Assembly (NCBI GenBank): GCA_019422525.1
Contig: JAHZDE010000009.1
Span: 37,150 to 101,149, forward strand
DNA length: 64,000 nt
Reading direction: 5' to 3'
Source of the DNA: Clostridiales bacterium
GTDB taxonomy: Bacteria; Bacillota; Clostridia; Oscillospirales; Acutalibacteraceae
In this document: piece by piece, positions 41,326-50,990 of the stretch
Numbering within the stretch: position 1 is the stretch's first letter
How the letters are laid out: each line of letters opens with the position of its first letter
Program-made: the position numbers and the translations under genes
Notes under the pieces: generated by a model
What the model saw: only the letters and a program-made list of their open reading frames with translations
The model's database searches: none
Told to the model about the DNA's origin: nothing

Positions 41326-41366
41326 GAATCCTGAAAATATAGTTTTACATACGGAGGATATTCACA

Positions 41367-41852
41367 ATGCCGCTGACTCATTTTGATAAGAACGGCGCTG
41401 CCCACATGGTAGATGTTGGACAAAAAGAGCCCTCCCGGCGCACTGCGGTGGCCGTGGGGGCCATTTCCATGAATCGGGAATGTTTTTTGGCAGTGGAAAG
41501 CGGGACGGCTAAAAAAGGTGATGTGCTGGGGGCTGCCCGGATTGCCGGAATTATGGGAGCCAAAAAAACCCCGGAGCTGATTCCCCTATGCCATTTGATT
41601 GGGCTTACCAAATGCGCGGTGGAGTTTGTGCTGGATTCGGAAAGCTGCACGGTAACGGCCAAATGCACCGCCCAGACAACCGGCGTAACCGGGGTGGAAA
41701 TGGAGGCGCTAACCGGGGTTTCCTGCGCCCTTTTGACCATTTATGATATGTGCAAGGCGCTGGACAAATCCATGGTCATTTCCGGCATTCATTTAGTGGA
41801 AAAACACGGGGGCAAAAGCGGAGACTTTTTCTTTGGAGGCGCTGGGGAATGA
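41367..41852 (+). CDS. moaC: Cyclic pyranopterin monophosphate synthase MoaC
   Basis: [18 protein letters not shown]...ELIPLCH...GVEMEALT. Confidence 0.93.
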   Translation: MPLTHFDKNGAAHMVDVGQKEPSRRTAVAVGAISMNRECFLAVESGTAKKGDVLGAARIAGIMGAKKTPELIPLCHLIGLTKCAVEFVLDSESCTVTAKCTAQTTGVTGVEMEALTGVSCALLTIYDMCKALDKSMVISGIHLVEKHGGKSGDFFFGGAGE

Positions 41853-42811
41853 AGGACCGTCTGGGACGGGAAATCGACTATCTGCGGGTATCGGTGACGG
41901 ACCGATGCAATTTGCGGTGCCGGTATTGTATGCCCCAAAGCCCCTGCTTTTTGCCGAAAGAAAAACTGCTTTCGCTGGATGATTTCTTCCGGCTATGCAG
42001 CTGCGCCGCCCGGCTGGGAATCCGTCATCTCAAGGTTACCGGCGGGGAGCCTCTGGTGCGGCCGGGGCTTCTCCCCTTTTTGGGTAAGCTGAAAAAAATC
42101 CCGGGAATTGAAAGCGTAACCCTCACCACCAACGGGCTGCTGCTAAAAAAAATGCTGGCGGATTTGTGCCGCCTTGGGATTGACGGAATCAATATCAGCC
42201 TCGACACACTGGATGAAAACCAATATCGCAGCCTTACCGGCGGCGGAAGCCTTTCGGCCGTCCTCAAAAGCCTTCAGGCAGCGGCGGCGTCCCCGATTCC
42301 CACAAAAATCAACGCGGTTTTAATGGAAGAAACCGCCGGGCAGATTCCCGCGCTGGCGGCCCTTGCAGAAAAAATGCCCGTTGACGTGCGGTTTATCGAA
42401 ATGATGCCTATTGGGCTGGGAAGAGGAATGTCCGGGGTTTCTTCTGACAGGGCGCTGGCGGCCCTAAAAAGCCGGTGGCCGGATTTGTCCCCGGTTTTTG
42501 AAAAGCGCGGCAGCGGCCCTGCCCGCTATTTTGGCGCAGAAGGGCTTTGCGGGCGCATTGGCCTAATCGACAGCATGAGCCACCGGTTCTGCGAAAGCTG
42601 TAACCGGGTGCGCCTTACCTGTACCGGGATTTTGAAGCCTTGCCTGTGCTTTTCTTCCGGGGTGGATTTGTCCCCCCTGCTTATGTGCGGCAGTGATGAT
42701 GAGATTATGGAAGCCATGGGGCGGGCTATTTTTGAAAAACCTGCTTCCCACTGCTTTTTGCAGCCGGAAGATAAAATGGAGACCCGCACCATGTATCAGA
42801 TTGGAGGATAA
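41849..42811 (+). CDS. moaA: GTP 3',8-cyclase MoaA (radical SAM)
   Basis: [19 protein letters not shown]. The ATG overlaps the moaC stop (ATGA). Confidence 0.93.
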   Translation: MKDRLGREIDYLRVSVTDRCNLRCRYCMPQSPCFLPKEKLLSLDDFFRLCSCAARLGIRHLKVTGGEPLVRPGLLPFLGKLKKIPGIESVTLTTNGLLLKKMLADLCRLGIDGINISLDTLDENQYRSLTGGGSLSAVLKSLQAAAASPIPTKINAVLMEETAGQIPALAALAEKMPVDVRFIEMMPIGLGRGMSGVSSDRALAALKSRWPDLSPVFEKRGSGPARYFGAEGLCGRIGLIDSMSHRFCESCNRVRLTCTGILKPCLCFSSGVDLSPLLMCGSDDEIMEAMGRAIFEKPASHCFLQPEDKMETRTMYQIGG

Positions 42812-42827
42812 CGCTTTGGGTAAAATT

Positions 42828-43748
42828 ATGGCGGTGTGCATTTCTCAAAAAAGAGGGACTCAGAAAAAGCCGGTGCCCTGTGCCAAACTAACGCCAGAAT
42901 GGGGCATTGTTGGGGATGCTCACGGAGGAAACTGGCACAGGCAGGTGAGCCTTTTAAGCTTTGAAAAAATAGAAGCTTTCCGAAAAAAAGGCGCGGCGGT
43001 TTCGTTTGGAGACTTTGGCGAAAACCTGGTGGTAGAAGGGTTTGATTTTGCCGCCCTGCCGGTTGGCTCCCTTTTGCAGTGCGGAGACGTGGTGCTGGAA
43101 ATGACTCAGATTGGCAAGGAATGCCACAACCACTGCCCCATTTATCAGGCTATGGGCGACTGCATTATGCCCAGGGAAGGCGTGTTTGCCCGGGTGATTG
43201 CAGGCGGGGAAATCCATGTGGGGGATGAAATTTCCCTTTTGCAGCGAAATGAGCCGATGCCCTGGCAGGCAGCGGTGATTACCCTTTCCGACAAGGGCGC
43301 TGCCGGGGAGCGGGAGGACAAAAGCGGCCCGCTGCTGGTGAAAAGGCTGGAGGAAGCCGGGTATCAGGTGATTGAGGCGCTGCTGCTGCCTGACGAAAAA
43401 GCCCTTTTGCAAAAGGAGCTTGTGCGCCTGTGCGACCAGCGCCGGCCCGATTTGATTTTGACTACCGGCGGCACCGGTTTTTCCCAAAGGGACTGTACCC
43501 CGGAGGCAACGCTGGCAGTTGCCGACCGCCTTGCCCCCGGCATCGCGGAAGCCATTCGGTCCGCCAGCCTGCAAATTACGCCCCGGGCCATGCTGTCCCG
43601 AGGGGTTTCGGTCATCCGGGGAAAAACGCTCATTATCAACCTTCCCGGAAGCCCCAAAGCCGTGGAGGAAAGCCTGGACGTTTTTCTCGACACCATTCCC
43701 CATGGGCTGGGGCTGCTGCGGGGGACTGTGGAAAACTGCGCAAGGTGA
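42828..43748 (+). CDS. MOSC domain fused to MogA/MoaB-type molybdopterin adenylyltransferase domain
   Basis: The N-terminal half has GIVGDAHGG...QVSLLS...GENLVVEG, which is MOSC-like. The C-terminal half has ITLSDKGAAGEREDKSG...TTGGTGFSQRDCTPEA...INLPGSPKA, which is MogA/MoaB-like. An alternative TTG start lies at 42816. Confidence 0.75.
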   Translation: MAVCISQKRGTQKKPVPCAKLTPEWGIVGDAHGGNWHRQVSLLSFEKIEAFRKKGAAVSFGDFGENLVVEGFDFAALPVGSLLQCGDVVLEMTQIGKECHNHCPIYQAMGDCIMPREGVFARVIAGGEIHVGDEISLLQRNEPMPWQAAVITLSDKGAAGEREDKSGPLLVKRLEEAGYQVIEALLLPDEKALLQKELVRLCDQRRPDLILTTGGTGFSQRDCTPEATLAVADRLAPGIAEAIRSASLQITPRAMLSRGVSVIRGKTLIINLPGSPKAVEESLDVFLDTIPHGLGLLRGTVENCAR

Positions 43749-43836
43749 AAATTTCTTTTGGTTGGAGCATGTGTAAATCCACATGTTTTCCATAAATATT
43801 GCCCTGAAACATGGGCACGAAAGGAGTTTTTCTCAA

Positions 43837-44676
43837 ATGAAAAACCTGTTAAAACCCCTGTGCGCCCTGCTGCTGACCGCTGTTCTCACGGCATGCAGCG
43901 CCGCGCCCGCCGGCTCGTCTTCGGCGGATTCCAAACAGGAGACGGAAAGCACAGGCAGTTCTGATTCAAAGGAAGAAGCAGAGCTTACCGTGTTTGCCGC
44001 CGCCTCCCTCACCGAAACCCTGGAAGAGCTGGCAAAAACCTATGAGGCGGAGCACCCCGGCATTACCTTCTCCTTTAACTTTGACTCTTCCGGTACCCTG
44101 CAAACCCAGATTGAAGAAGGCGCCGAGTGTGATTTGTTCCTCTCTGCCGCCCAAAAACAAATGGATGCTTTGGAAGAGCAAAACCTCATTGACAGCGACT
44201 CCCGCTTGGACTTGCTGGAAAACAAGGTGGTACTGGCAGTGCCCGACGGCAACCCAGCGGACATTCATTCCTTTGCAGATATTGGAACGGATAAATGCCA
44301 GCTGATTGCCCTTGGTAACGACGACGTACCGGTTGGGGCCTATTCCATTGAAATTTTGACGGCTCTTGGGCTGCTGGACGGGCTGGAAAGCAGCGGGAAA
44401 ATTACCTATGGCTCCAATGTGAAAGAAGTAACCACTCAAATTAAGGAAAACTCAGTGGACTGCGGGATTGTATATGCAACCGACGCCTATAGTGCAAAGC
44501 TGGAAGTGGCCGAAACAGCAGATGCCTCCCTGTGCAGCCAGGTGCTCTATCCGGCGGCGGTGCTGAAAAATGCCCCCCATGCCGGAGAAGCCGCGGAATT
44601 CCTCGCCTTTTTGCAGGGGGAAAAAGCCAAAGAGGTTTTTGAAAAAGTCGGCTTCACTTTTCTTCCGGCAGCCTGA
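43837..44676 (+). CDS. modA: Molybdate ABC transporter substrate-binding lipoprotein
   Basis: Lipobox LTAC, then VFAAASLTETL, which is typical of ModA. Confidence 0.9.
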   Translation: MKNLLKPLCALLLTAVLTACSAAPAGSSSADSKQETESTGSSDSKEEAELTVFAAASLTETLEELAKTYEAEHPGITFSFNFDSSGTLQTQIEEGAECDLFLSAAQKQMDALEEQNLIDSDSRLDLLENKVVLAVPDGNPADIHSFADIGTDKCQLIALGNDDVPVGAYSIEILTALGLLDGLESSGKITYGSNVKEVTTQIKENSVDCGIVYATDAYSAKLEVAETADASLCSQVLYPAAVLKNAPHAGEAAEFLAFLQGEKAKEVFEKVGFTFLPAA

Positions 44677-44700
44677 TATACGGGAAAGGATTACATAGCT

Positions 44701-45369
44701 ATGGACTGGTTCCCTCTTTTTAACTCCCTGCGGGTTGCGGCCATTGCCACGGTGGTGGTGTTTTTTACCGGAATTTTTTGTGCCTACTATGTGGCAAAGC
44801 TGCCAAAGCTGTTAAAAGGCCTGCTGGATGTTGTGCTTACCCTTCCCCTGGTACTTCCGCCCACGGTAGTGGGATATTTTTTGCTGGTACTGCTGGGCAA
44901 CAACCGGCCGCTGGGGCAATGGTTCCAGCAGGTGTTTGATATCCGGCTGGTGATGGTTTGGTATTCCGCCGTTTTTGCTTCCATCGTGGTGTCCTTTCCG
45001 CTCATGTACCGCACAGCAAGGGGCGCGTTTGAAAGCTTTGACGAAAACCTCTCCGACGCCGGGCGCACGCTGGGGCTTCCCGGATGGTATATTTTTTGGC
45101 GGGTGCGCCTGCCCGCCTGCCGGCAGGGAATTTTGGCCGGGACGGTTTTGGCCTTTGCCCGGGCGCTGGGGGAATATGGCGCAACCAGCATGATAGCGGG
45201 CTATACCCCGGGAAAAACCGCCACCATTTCCACCACGGTCTATCAGCTGTGGCGCACCAACAATGATGAACTGGCCTTTTATTGGGTGATGATTAACGTG
45301 GCGATTTCGGCGGCGGTGCTGCTGGCGGTTAACTTTTTGGAAAAACGGCAGAGGAGGCGCGTCCGTTGA
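44701..45369 (+). CDS. modB: Molybdate ABC transporter permease
   Basis: Six-transmembrane permease with an EAA-like loop (DENLSDAGRTLG). Confidence 0.9.
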   Translation: MDWFPLFNSLRVAAIATVVVFFTGIFCAYYVAKLPKLLKGLLDVVLTLPLVLPPTVVGYFLLVLLGNNRPLGQWFQQVFDIRLVMVWYSAVFASIVVSFPLMYRTARGAFESFDENLSDAGRTLGLPGWYIFWRVRLPACRQGILAGTVLAFARALGEYGATSMIAGYTPGKTATISTTVYQLWRTNNDELAFYWVMINVAISAAVLLAVNFLEKRQRRRVR

Positions 45370-46418
45370 AGCTGTTTGTGGATATTGAAAAAAATTTTGG
45401 ACGCTTTTGCCTGCGGGCAAAGTTTGAAACAAACGGGGACGTTACCGGGCTGCTGGGCGCTTCCGGCTGCGGGAAAAGCATGACCCTGCGGTGCATTGCC
45501 GGAATTGAAAAGCCGGACAGGGGCTGCATCATCCTGGACGGCGAAACCCTTTTTGACAGCAAAAAAAGAATCAACCTCCCGCCCCAAAAAAGGAAGGTGG
45601 GCTACCTGTTCCAAAATTATGCCCTCTTCCCCAACATGACCGTGCGGCAGAATTTGCTGGCCGGGCTGTTTTGGGAAAAAAATCGGGCAAACCGGGAAAA
45701 GGCTTTGGAAGAAGCGGCTGCCCTTTTGCATTTGGAAGGGCTTTTGCAGCACCGGCCGGCCCAGCTTTCCGGCGGGCAGGCACAGCGGGCGGCGCTGGGA
45801 AGGATTTTGCTTTCGAAACCCCGGTTTTTGCTGCTGGACGAGCCCTTTTCCGCTTTGGATAGTCATTTGCGGGATCAGCTGCAATTGGACATGCTGGCGC
45901 TGCTGCAAAAAATGCAGCTTCCTTCCCTTTTGGTAACCCACAGCCGGGACGAAGCCTATCATATGTGTACCTCCCTTTTGCTGATGCATGACGGGAAAAT
46001 CGTCCGCAGCGGCAAAACCAAAGAAGTTTTTGCCGACCCGAAAAGCAGCTATGCCGCCCATTTAACCGGCTGCAAAAATCTGGCCGCTGCCGAAAAGGTG
46101 GACGGCCACACGGTTTGGGTGAAGGACTGGGGCGTTTCGCTTTCCTGTGCGGATGCGGTGGAGGAAGGGCTGACTGGCGTTGGAATTCGGGCCCATTATT
46201 TCCACCCAAATGCCCGACAAAATCGGCTGCCGGTTCTTCCTGTGAATCAAGTGGAGGAGCCCTTTGAATGGATTTTGCAGTTCCGTTTCCCTTCCCAAAA
46301 AGAAGGGACTCCCTCGGTTTGGTGGCGGATTCCTAAAGAGAAAAAACCGGCCGTGTTCCCGACAGAGCTGGGAGTCGCACCGGAAAATGTTCTGCTGTTT
46401 TATGATGGCAGAGAATGA
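45366..46418 (+). CDS. modC: Molybdate ABC transporter ATP-binding protein
   Basis: GASGCGKS Walker A, LSGGQAQRAAL signature and LLLDEPFSALD Walker B, plus a C-terminal TOBE-like extension. The TTG start overlaps the modB stop. Confidence 0.88.
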   Translation: MKLFVDIEKNFGRFCLRAKFETNGDVTGLLGASGCGKSMTLRCIAGIEKPDRGCIILDGETLFDSKKRINLPPQKRKVGYLFQNYALFPNMTVRQNLLAGLFWEKNRANREKALEEAAALLHLEGLLQHRPAQLSGGQAQRAALGRILLSKPRFLLLDEPFSALDSHLRDQLQLDMLALLQKMQLPSLLVTHSRDEAYHMCTSLLLMHDGKIVRSGKTKEVFADPKSSYAAHLTGCKNLAAAEKVDGHTVWVKDWGVSLSCADAVEEGLTGVGIRAHYFHPNARQNRLPVLPVNQVEEPFEWILQFRFPSQKEGTPSVWWRIPKEKKPAVFPTELGVAPENVLLFYDGRE

Positions 46419-46436
46419 GTAAGAATAAATGTTTTT

Positions 46437-46475
46437 AGGCGCTGGTGAGGGGTTCCTTTCCAGCGCCTTTTTTCG
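46437..46475 (+). terminator. Rho-independent terminator after modC
   Basis: AGGCGCTGG...CCAGCGCCT hairpin followed by TTTTTCG. Confidence 0.7.
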
Positions 46476-46629
46476 CCTCTATGTGCCGCTTTTTGGGAAG
46501 CAAATATCTGATTTTGAAAACCGGTTGTGATGATTGTTCATAAACAGGTTATATTTAAGAAATGTACAGCCGTTATACTAAGATTGATAAAGAAAATAGT
46601 TCAATCGGCTCTGAAAGGAGGAAGCCTCT

Positions 46630-47631
46630 ATGAAAAAAATCGTGATTGTTACAGGCGCAAACGGCCATTTGGGAAGTACGCTTCTTCGTCTGTTGCGGGA
46701 TTATGATGTACAGGTTCGGGGGCTTGTCCTCCCTGGGCAGACCATGAAAAAATATGAAAATACTCGCTGTTATTATGGAGATGTTCGGGATATAGAATCT
46801 ATGCGGCCTATGTTTACTGATATTGAGAACGCTGAAGTCTTGGTAATCCACACGGCCGGGATTGTGGATATTTCGGAAAACGTGTCCCCCCTGCTCTATG
46901 ATGTGAATGTGGGCGGCACCCGGAACCTGATTGCCCTGTGCCGGGAATATGCGGTACGGCGGCTTGTCTATGTCAGCTCGGTACATGCCATTCCCGAAAC
47001 AGATAAAACGGCTGTCCTGACCGAAGTGAAACATTTTTCTCCGGAGCAAGTGGTGGGCGGTTATGCCAAAACCAAGGCCGAAGCGACACAGCTGGTGTTG
47101 GATGCCGCCAGCGAAGGTCTGGATGCTGTAGTGGTTCATCCTTCCGGCATATTGGGTCCCTTTGACTCTTCTGGAAACCATCTGGTACAAATGGTGAGCG
47201 ATTATATCCGGGGAAAGCTTCCAGCCTGTGTGACCGGCGGATACGACTTTGTGGATGTGCGGGATGTTGCTCGAGGCTGCCTGCTGGCGGCAGAAAAAGG
47301 CCGCAAGGGAGAATGTTATATTCTGTCAAATCGCCATTATGAGCTACGGGACATTCTTTCTATGCTGCGCGGGATTGCTGGTGGAAGAAAGCTGCCGGTT
47401 CTGCCTATGTGGATGGCCAAAAGCGCCGTGCCCCTGATTCAGTGGCAGGCAAAACGAAAAAAACAGCGTCCCTTGTTTACCCGCTATTCCCTGTATACCC
47501 TGCGAAGTAATGACCGTTTTTCCCACGATAAGGCCACAGCTGAACTGGGGTACCGGCCAAGGGACTTGCGCCAGACCTTGAGAGATACGGTTTTCTGGCT
47601 GAAAGGGCCTTTGCCCCAGCATGCCGGTTGA
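46630..47631 (+). CDS. NAD-dependent epimerase/dehydratase (extended SDR, dihydroflavonol-reductase-like)
   Basis: VTGANGHLGS Rossmann motif and YAKTK catalytic YxxxK. Confidence 0.8.
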   Translation: MKKIVIVTGANGHLGSTLLRLLRDYDVQVRGLVLPGQTMKKYENTRCYYGDVRDIESMRPMFTDIENAEVLVIHTAGIVDISENVSPLLYDVNVGGTRNLIALCREYAVRRLVYVSSVHAIPETDKTAVLTEVKHFSPEQVVGGYAKTKAEATQLVLDAASEGLDAVVVHPSGILGPFDSSGNHLVQMVSDYIRGKLPACVTGGYDFVDVRDVARGCLLAAEKGRKGECYILSNRHYELRDILSMLRGIAGGRKLPVLPMWMAKSAVPLIQWQAKRKKQRPLFTRYSLYTLRSNDRFSHDKATAELGYRPRDLRQTLRDTVFWLKGPLPQHAG

Positions 47632-47644
47632 TGGTCTTCTCTGC

Positions 47645-47673
47645 TTGCAAAAAAAACAGGGAACGTGTATAAT
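47645..47673 (+). promoter_or_regulatory. Putative promoter TTGCAA-17-TATAAT
   Basis: Hexamers with an exact 17-nt spacer, located between the SDR stop codon and the hairpin at 47690. Confidence 0.4.
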
Positions 47674-47689
47674 CAAAAAAGCCCGTATA

Positions 47690-47729
47690 CCCCGCAGAGC
47701 CTTTTGAAAAGGGCTGCGGGGCTTTTTTT
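47690..47729 (+). terminator. Intrinsic terminator-like hairpin plus U tract
   Basis: CCCCGCAGAGCC-TTTTGAAAA-GGGCTGCGGGG followed by CTTTTTTT. Confidence 0.7.
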
Positions 47730-47756
47730 GATATTTGTATATTGGAGGGGATCCCA

Positions 47757-49193
47757 TTGTATTTTTCTGGAAACCAGCTTCTTTTATATGCCGTTACCGA
47801 CCGGGGATGGCTAAAGCCCGGCGAAACCCTGGCACAGCAGGTGGAAAGCGCCCTGAAAGGCGGCGTGACCATGGTGCAGCTGCGGGAGAAAGAACTGCCC
47901 CGGGAGCAGTTTTTGCAGCAGGCACGGGAGATTCTTCCCCTGTGCCGCCGATTCGGCGTGCCGCTGATTATTAACGACGACGTGCAGCTGGCGCTGGAAG
48001 TCGGGGCCGACGGCGTACATATTGGCCAGGAAGATATGGCCTATGAAAAAGCTCGCCAGCTGCTGGGGCCGAATAAAATCATCGGCGTCAGCGCCCACAA
48101 TCCGCAAGAAGCTTTGCAAGCACAAAAAGCCGGGGCCGACTATCTGGGCTGCGGGGCGGTATTTGGCTCTTCCACCAAAGAGGGGGTACAAACACTAACT
48201 CCCGCAGGTCTGAAAGCGATCTGTGAAGCCGTTGAAATTCCCGTGGTGGCCATTGGCGGGATTAGCGAGAAAAATCTGGAACAGCTCAAAGGCTGCGGCG
48301 CCTATGGCGCGGCGGTGGTTTCGGCTATTTTTGCAAAGGAAAATAAAGAAGAGGCGGCCCGACACCTTTCTACTATGGCCGAATCCGTTTTTGGGTTCCA
48401 CAGCCATGGTATGAAAACGGCTTTGACTATCGCTGGGTCTGATTCCAGCGGCGGCGCCGGAATCCAGGCAGACATGAAAACCATGGCGGCTCACGGTGTG
48501 TATGCCATGAGCGCCATTACAGCCCTGACCGCCCAGAATACCACCGGCGTATATGGGGTGATGGAGTCCACGCCCGAATTTTTGAAAAACCAGCTGGACT
48601 GTGTGTTTACCGATATTTTCCCCGACGCCGTAAAAATCGGCATGGTGAGCAGCGCTCCCCTGATTCACACCATTGCCGAAGCGCTGAAAGAGTATCGCCC
48701 TCATAACATTGTGCTGGACCCGGTAATGGTTTCCACCAGCGGGAGCCGCTTGTTGGCGGAAAACGCCTCCCAGGCCCTCCTTATGGAGCTTGCCCCGCTG
48801 GCGGACATCATCACGCCCAACATTCCCGAGGGTGAAGTGCTCAGCGGAATGAAAATCCGCAGCAAACAGGACATGGAGCAGGCTGCCCGTATTATCAGCG
48901 AAAAATTCAGCGGAGCCATCCTCCTCAAAGGCGGCCATCTGGCCGATACCTCCGACGATTTGCTGTATGTGGATGGACAGTCTCACTGGTTTATCGGGCG
49001 GCATATCCCCAACCCCAACACTCACGGTACAGGATGCACTCTGTCAAGTGCCATTGCCAGTTGCCTTGCATTGGGCTTCTCTTTGCCAGAAAGCGTACAG
49101 AGAGCTAAAAATTATGTGGCCGGCGCTCTCTTTGATGGACTGGATTTGGGCCATGGCAGTGGGCCTCTGAATCATGGATATCGGAGCCATTGA
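47757..49193 (+). CDS. thiED: Bifunctional thiamine-phosphate synthase / hydroxymethylpyrimidine(-phosphate) kinase (ThiE-ThiD fusion)
   Basis: The N-terminal half (LLLYAVTD...VQLREK...INDD...VHIGQED...GAVFGSSTK) is ThiE-like. The C-terminal half (ALTIAGSDSSGGAGIQADMKT...) is ThiD-like. The probable start is the TTG at 47757, 6 nt after GGAGGGG; the ORF-track start is at 47742. Confidence 0.88.
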   Translation: MYFSGNQLLLYAVTDRGWLKPGETLAQQVESALKGGVTMVQLREKELPREQFLQQAREILPLCRRFGVPLIINDDVQLALEVGADGVHIGQEDMAYEKARQLLGPNKIIGVSAHNPQEALQAQKAGADYLGCGAVFGSSTKEGVQTLTPAGLKAICEAVEIPVVAIGGISEKNLEQLKGCGAYGAAVVSAIFAKENKEEAARHLSTMAESVFGFHSHGMKTALTIAGSDSSGGAGIQADMKTMAAHGVYAMSAITALTAQNTTGVYGVMESTPEFLKNQLDCVFTDIFPDAVKIGMVSSAPLIHTIAEALKEYRPHNIVLDPVMVSTSGSRLLAENASQALLMELAPLADIITPNIPEGEVLSGMKIRSKQDMEQAARIISEKFSGAILLKGGHLADTSDDLLYVDGQSHWFIGRHIPNPNTHGTGCTLSSAIASCLALGFSLPESVQRAKNYVAGALFDGLDLGHGSGPLNHGYRSH

Positions 49194-49254
49194 TAGGGTA
49201 TTTACATTGAAAGCCACAAATATCATACAACACGATAAAATTGATTAAAAAACT

Positions 49255-49330
49255 ACTCCCCACCAGTCAGTCAAGGATGGCAAAAGCCCTTTTGTCTCCT
49301 TGATGGACCAATGGGGAGTTTTTTTTATTT
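49255..49330 (+). terminator. Long-hairpin terminator between convergent genes
   Basis: ACTCCCCA...TGGGGAGT outer stem with an internal CAAGGA...TCCTTG helix, followed by T8. Confidence 0.65.
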
Positions 49331-49346
49331 TATTAAGATGTAACAG

Positions 49347-50990
49347 TTACTGGTCTGCCCCGCCACGAATATCAATCCGGCGAATCTTTCCACTAATGGT
49401 CTTGGGCAGCTCTTTCACAAACTCAATTACACGGGGATACTTATAAGGAGCAGTCTGTTTCTTCACGTAAGTCTGGAGCTCCTTTTTCAGCTCTTCGCTG
49501 GCTTCATATTCCTTGGTGAGCACAATAGTCGCTTTGACTACCTGACCACGAACGGGGTCCGGTACACCGGTAATGGCACATTCCAGCACAGCCGGATGCT
49601 CCATCAATACGCTTTCGATCTCGAACGGCCCAATGCGGTAGCCAGAAGACTTGATAATATCATCATTACGGCCAATATACCAGAAATAGCCATCCTCATC
49701 CCGCCAGGCAGTATCGCCGGTGTGATAAATATCGTTGCTCCACACACTGTCAGTGCGCTCTTTATCCCGGTAATAGCCGTTGAACAGACCCGCAGGCTTT
49801 TTGCCGGGGGTACGAATGACGATTTCACCCACTTCGCCTGTGGGGACAGAATTCCCTTCCCGGTCCACCAAGTCCACCTGATAAGCCGGGTTCGGCATAC
49901 CGGTAGAGCCGGGCTTGGGGTTAGTGCCGATGGGGTTAAAGAGTACCAGCGTAGTTTCACTTTGGCCAAAGCCCTCCATCAGTTTGAGGCCTGTAGCTTT
50001 ATAGAACTGGTTAAACACTTCGGGATTCAGCGGCTCGCCGGCAATACAGGCATATTTCAGGGAAGAAAGGTCATATTTGGACAAATCTTCCTTGATAAAG
50101 AACCGGTACATCGTGGGCGGCGCACAGAAAGTGGTAATTTTATATTTGGCAAACAAGGGCAGAATAGCCTCTGCATGGAATCGGTCAAAGTCACAGACAA
50201 AGATGCCGGCTTCCATAAACCACTGACCATACAGTTTGCCCCACATCGACTTCATCCAGCCGGTATCGGAGATGGTGAGATGCAGGCCGTCGGGCACCAC
50301 ATTCTGCCAGTATTTGGCGGTGACAATATGGGAAATGGGATAGGTAAAGTCGTGGCATACCATTTTGGGCATTCCGGTAGTACCAGAAGTAAAATAAATC
50401 AGCATGGGGTCTTCTGCTGCTGTTTCCACTCGCTGCATACTGTCGGAAAACTTGAGGTACTCTGTGTCAAAGTTTGCCCAGTCCTTATATTTGCCGTGGA
50501 CGCTGATTTTAATTTCCACAGTGGGGCAATCCCCCATAGCGGATTCTACATGCTCCGTAACATCCCCATCGGTAGTGCAGATGACCGCTTTGATTCCTGC
50601 AGCATTGCAGCGATAGGAGATATCCTTTTTGGTCAGCTGGTTCGTGGCGGGAATTCCGATAGCGCCCAGCTTGTGAAGTCCCAAAAGGGCAAACCAGAAT
50701 TGATAATGCCGCTTTAAAATCAGCAGTACCCGGTCGCCCCGGCTGATTCCGAGAGAAGCAAAAAAGTTTGCCGCCCGGTTGCTGGCTTTTGAAATATCAG
50801 AGAAAGAAAAGGTGTGCTCTTCCCCGCTTTCGTTACACCACAGCATGGCCCGGCGCAGCGGTTCAGCCTGTGCGATGGTGTCCACCACGTCATAGGCAAA
50901 GTTAAAATTTTCTCCATATACCGGCTCAAACCCTACAAGCTTTCCGTCATAAAAGGTTTCCCGGCAATATTTCTGATGGATATTCAGCAT
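49347..50990 (-). CDS. AMP-forming acyl-CoA synthetase (medium-chain/ACSM-like)
   Basis: AMP-binding motif YFTSGTTGMPK, YHTGD, and C-terminal GKIRR. Confidence 0.88.
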   Translation of the reverse strand: MLNIHQKYCRETFYDGKLVGFEPVYGENFNFAYDVVDTIAQAEPLRRAMLWCNESGEEHTFSFSDISKASNRAANFFASLGISRGDRVLLILKRHYQFWFALLGLHKLGAIGIPATNQLTKKDISYRCNAAGIKAVICTTDGDVTEHVESAMGDCPTVEIKISVHGKYKDWANFDTEYLKFSDSMQRVETAAEDPMLIYFTSGTTGMPKMVCHDFTYPISHIVTAKYWQNVVPDGLHLTISDTGWMKSMWGKLYGQWFMEAGIFVCDFDRFHAEAILPLFAKYKITTFCAPPTMYRFFIKEDLSKYDLSSLKYACIAGEPLNPEVFNQFYKATGLKLMEGFGQSETTLVLFNPIGTNPKPGSTGMPNPAYQVDLVDREGNSVPTGEVGEIVIRTPGKKPAGLFNGYYRDKERTDSVWSNDIYHTGDTAWRDEDGYFWYIGRNDDIIKSSGYRIGPFEIESVLMEHPAVLECAITGVPDPVRGQVVKATIVLTKEYEASEELKKELQTYVKKQTAPYKYPRVIEFVKELPKTISGKIRRIDIRGGADQ

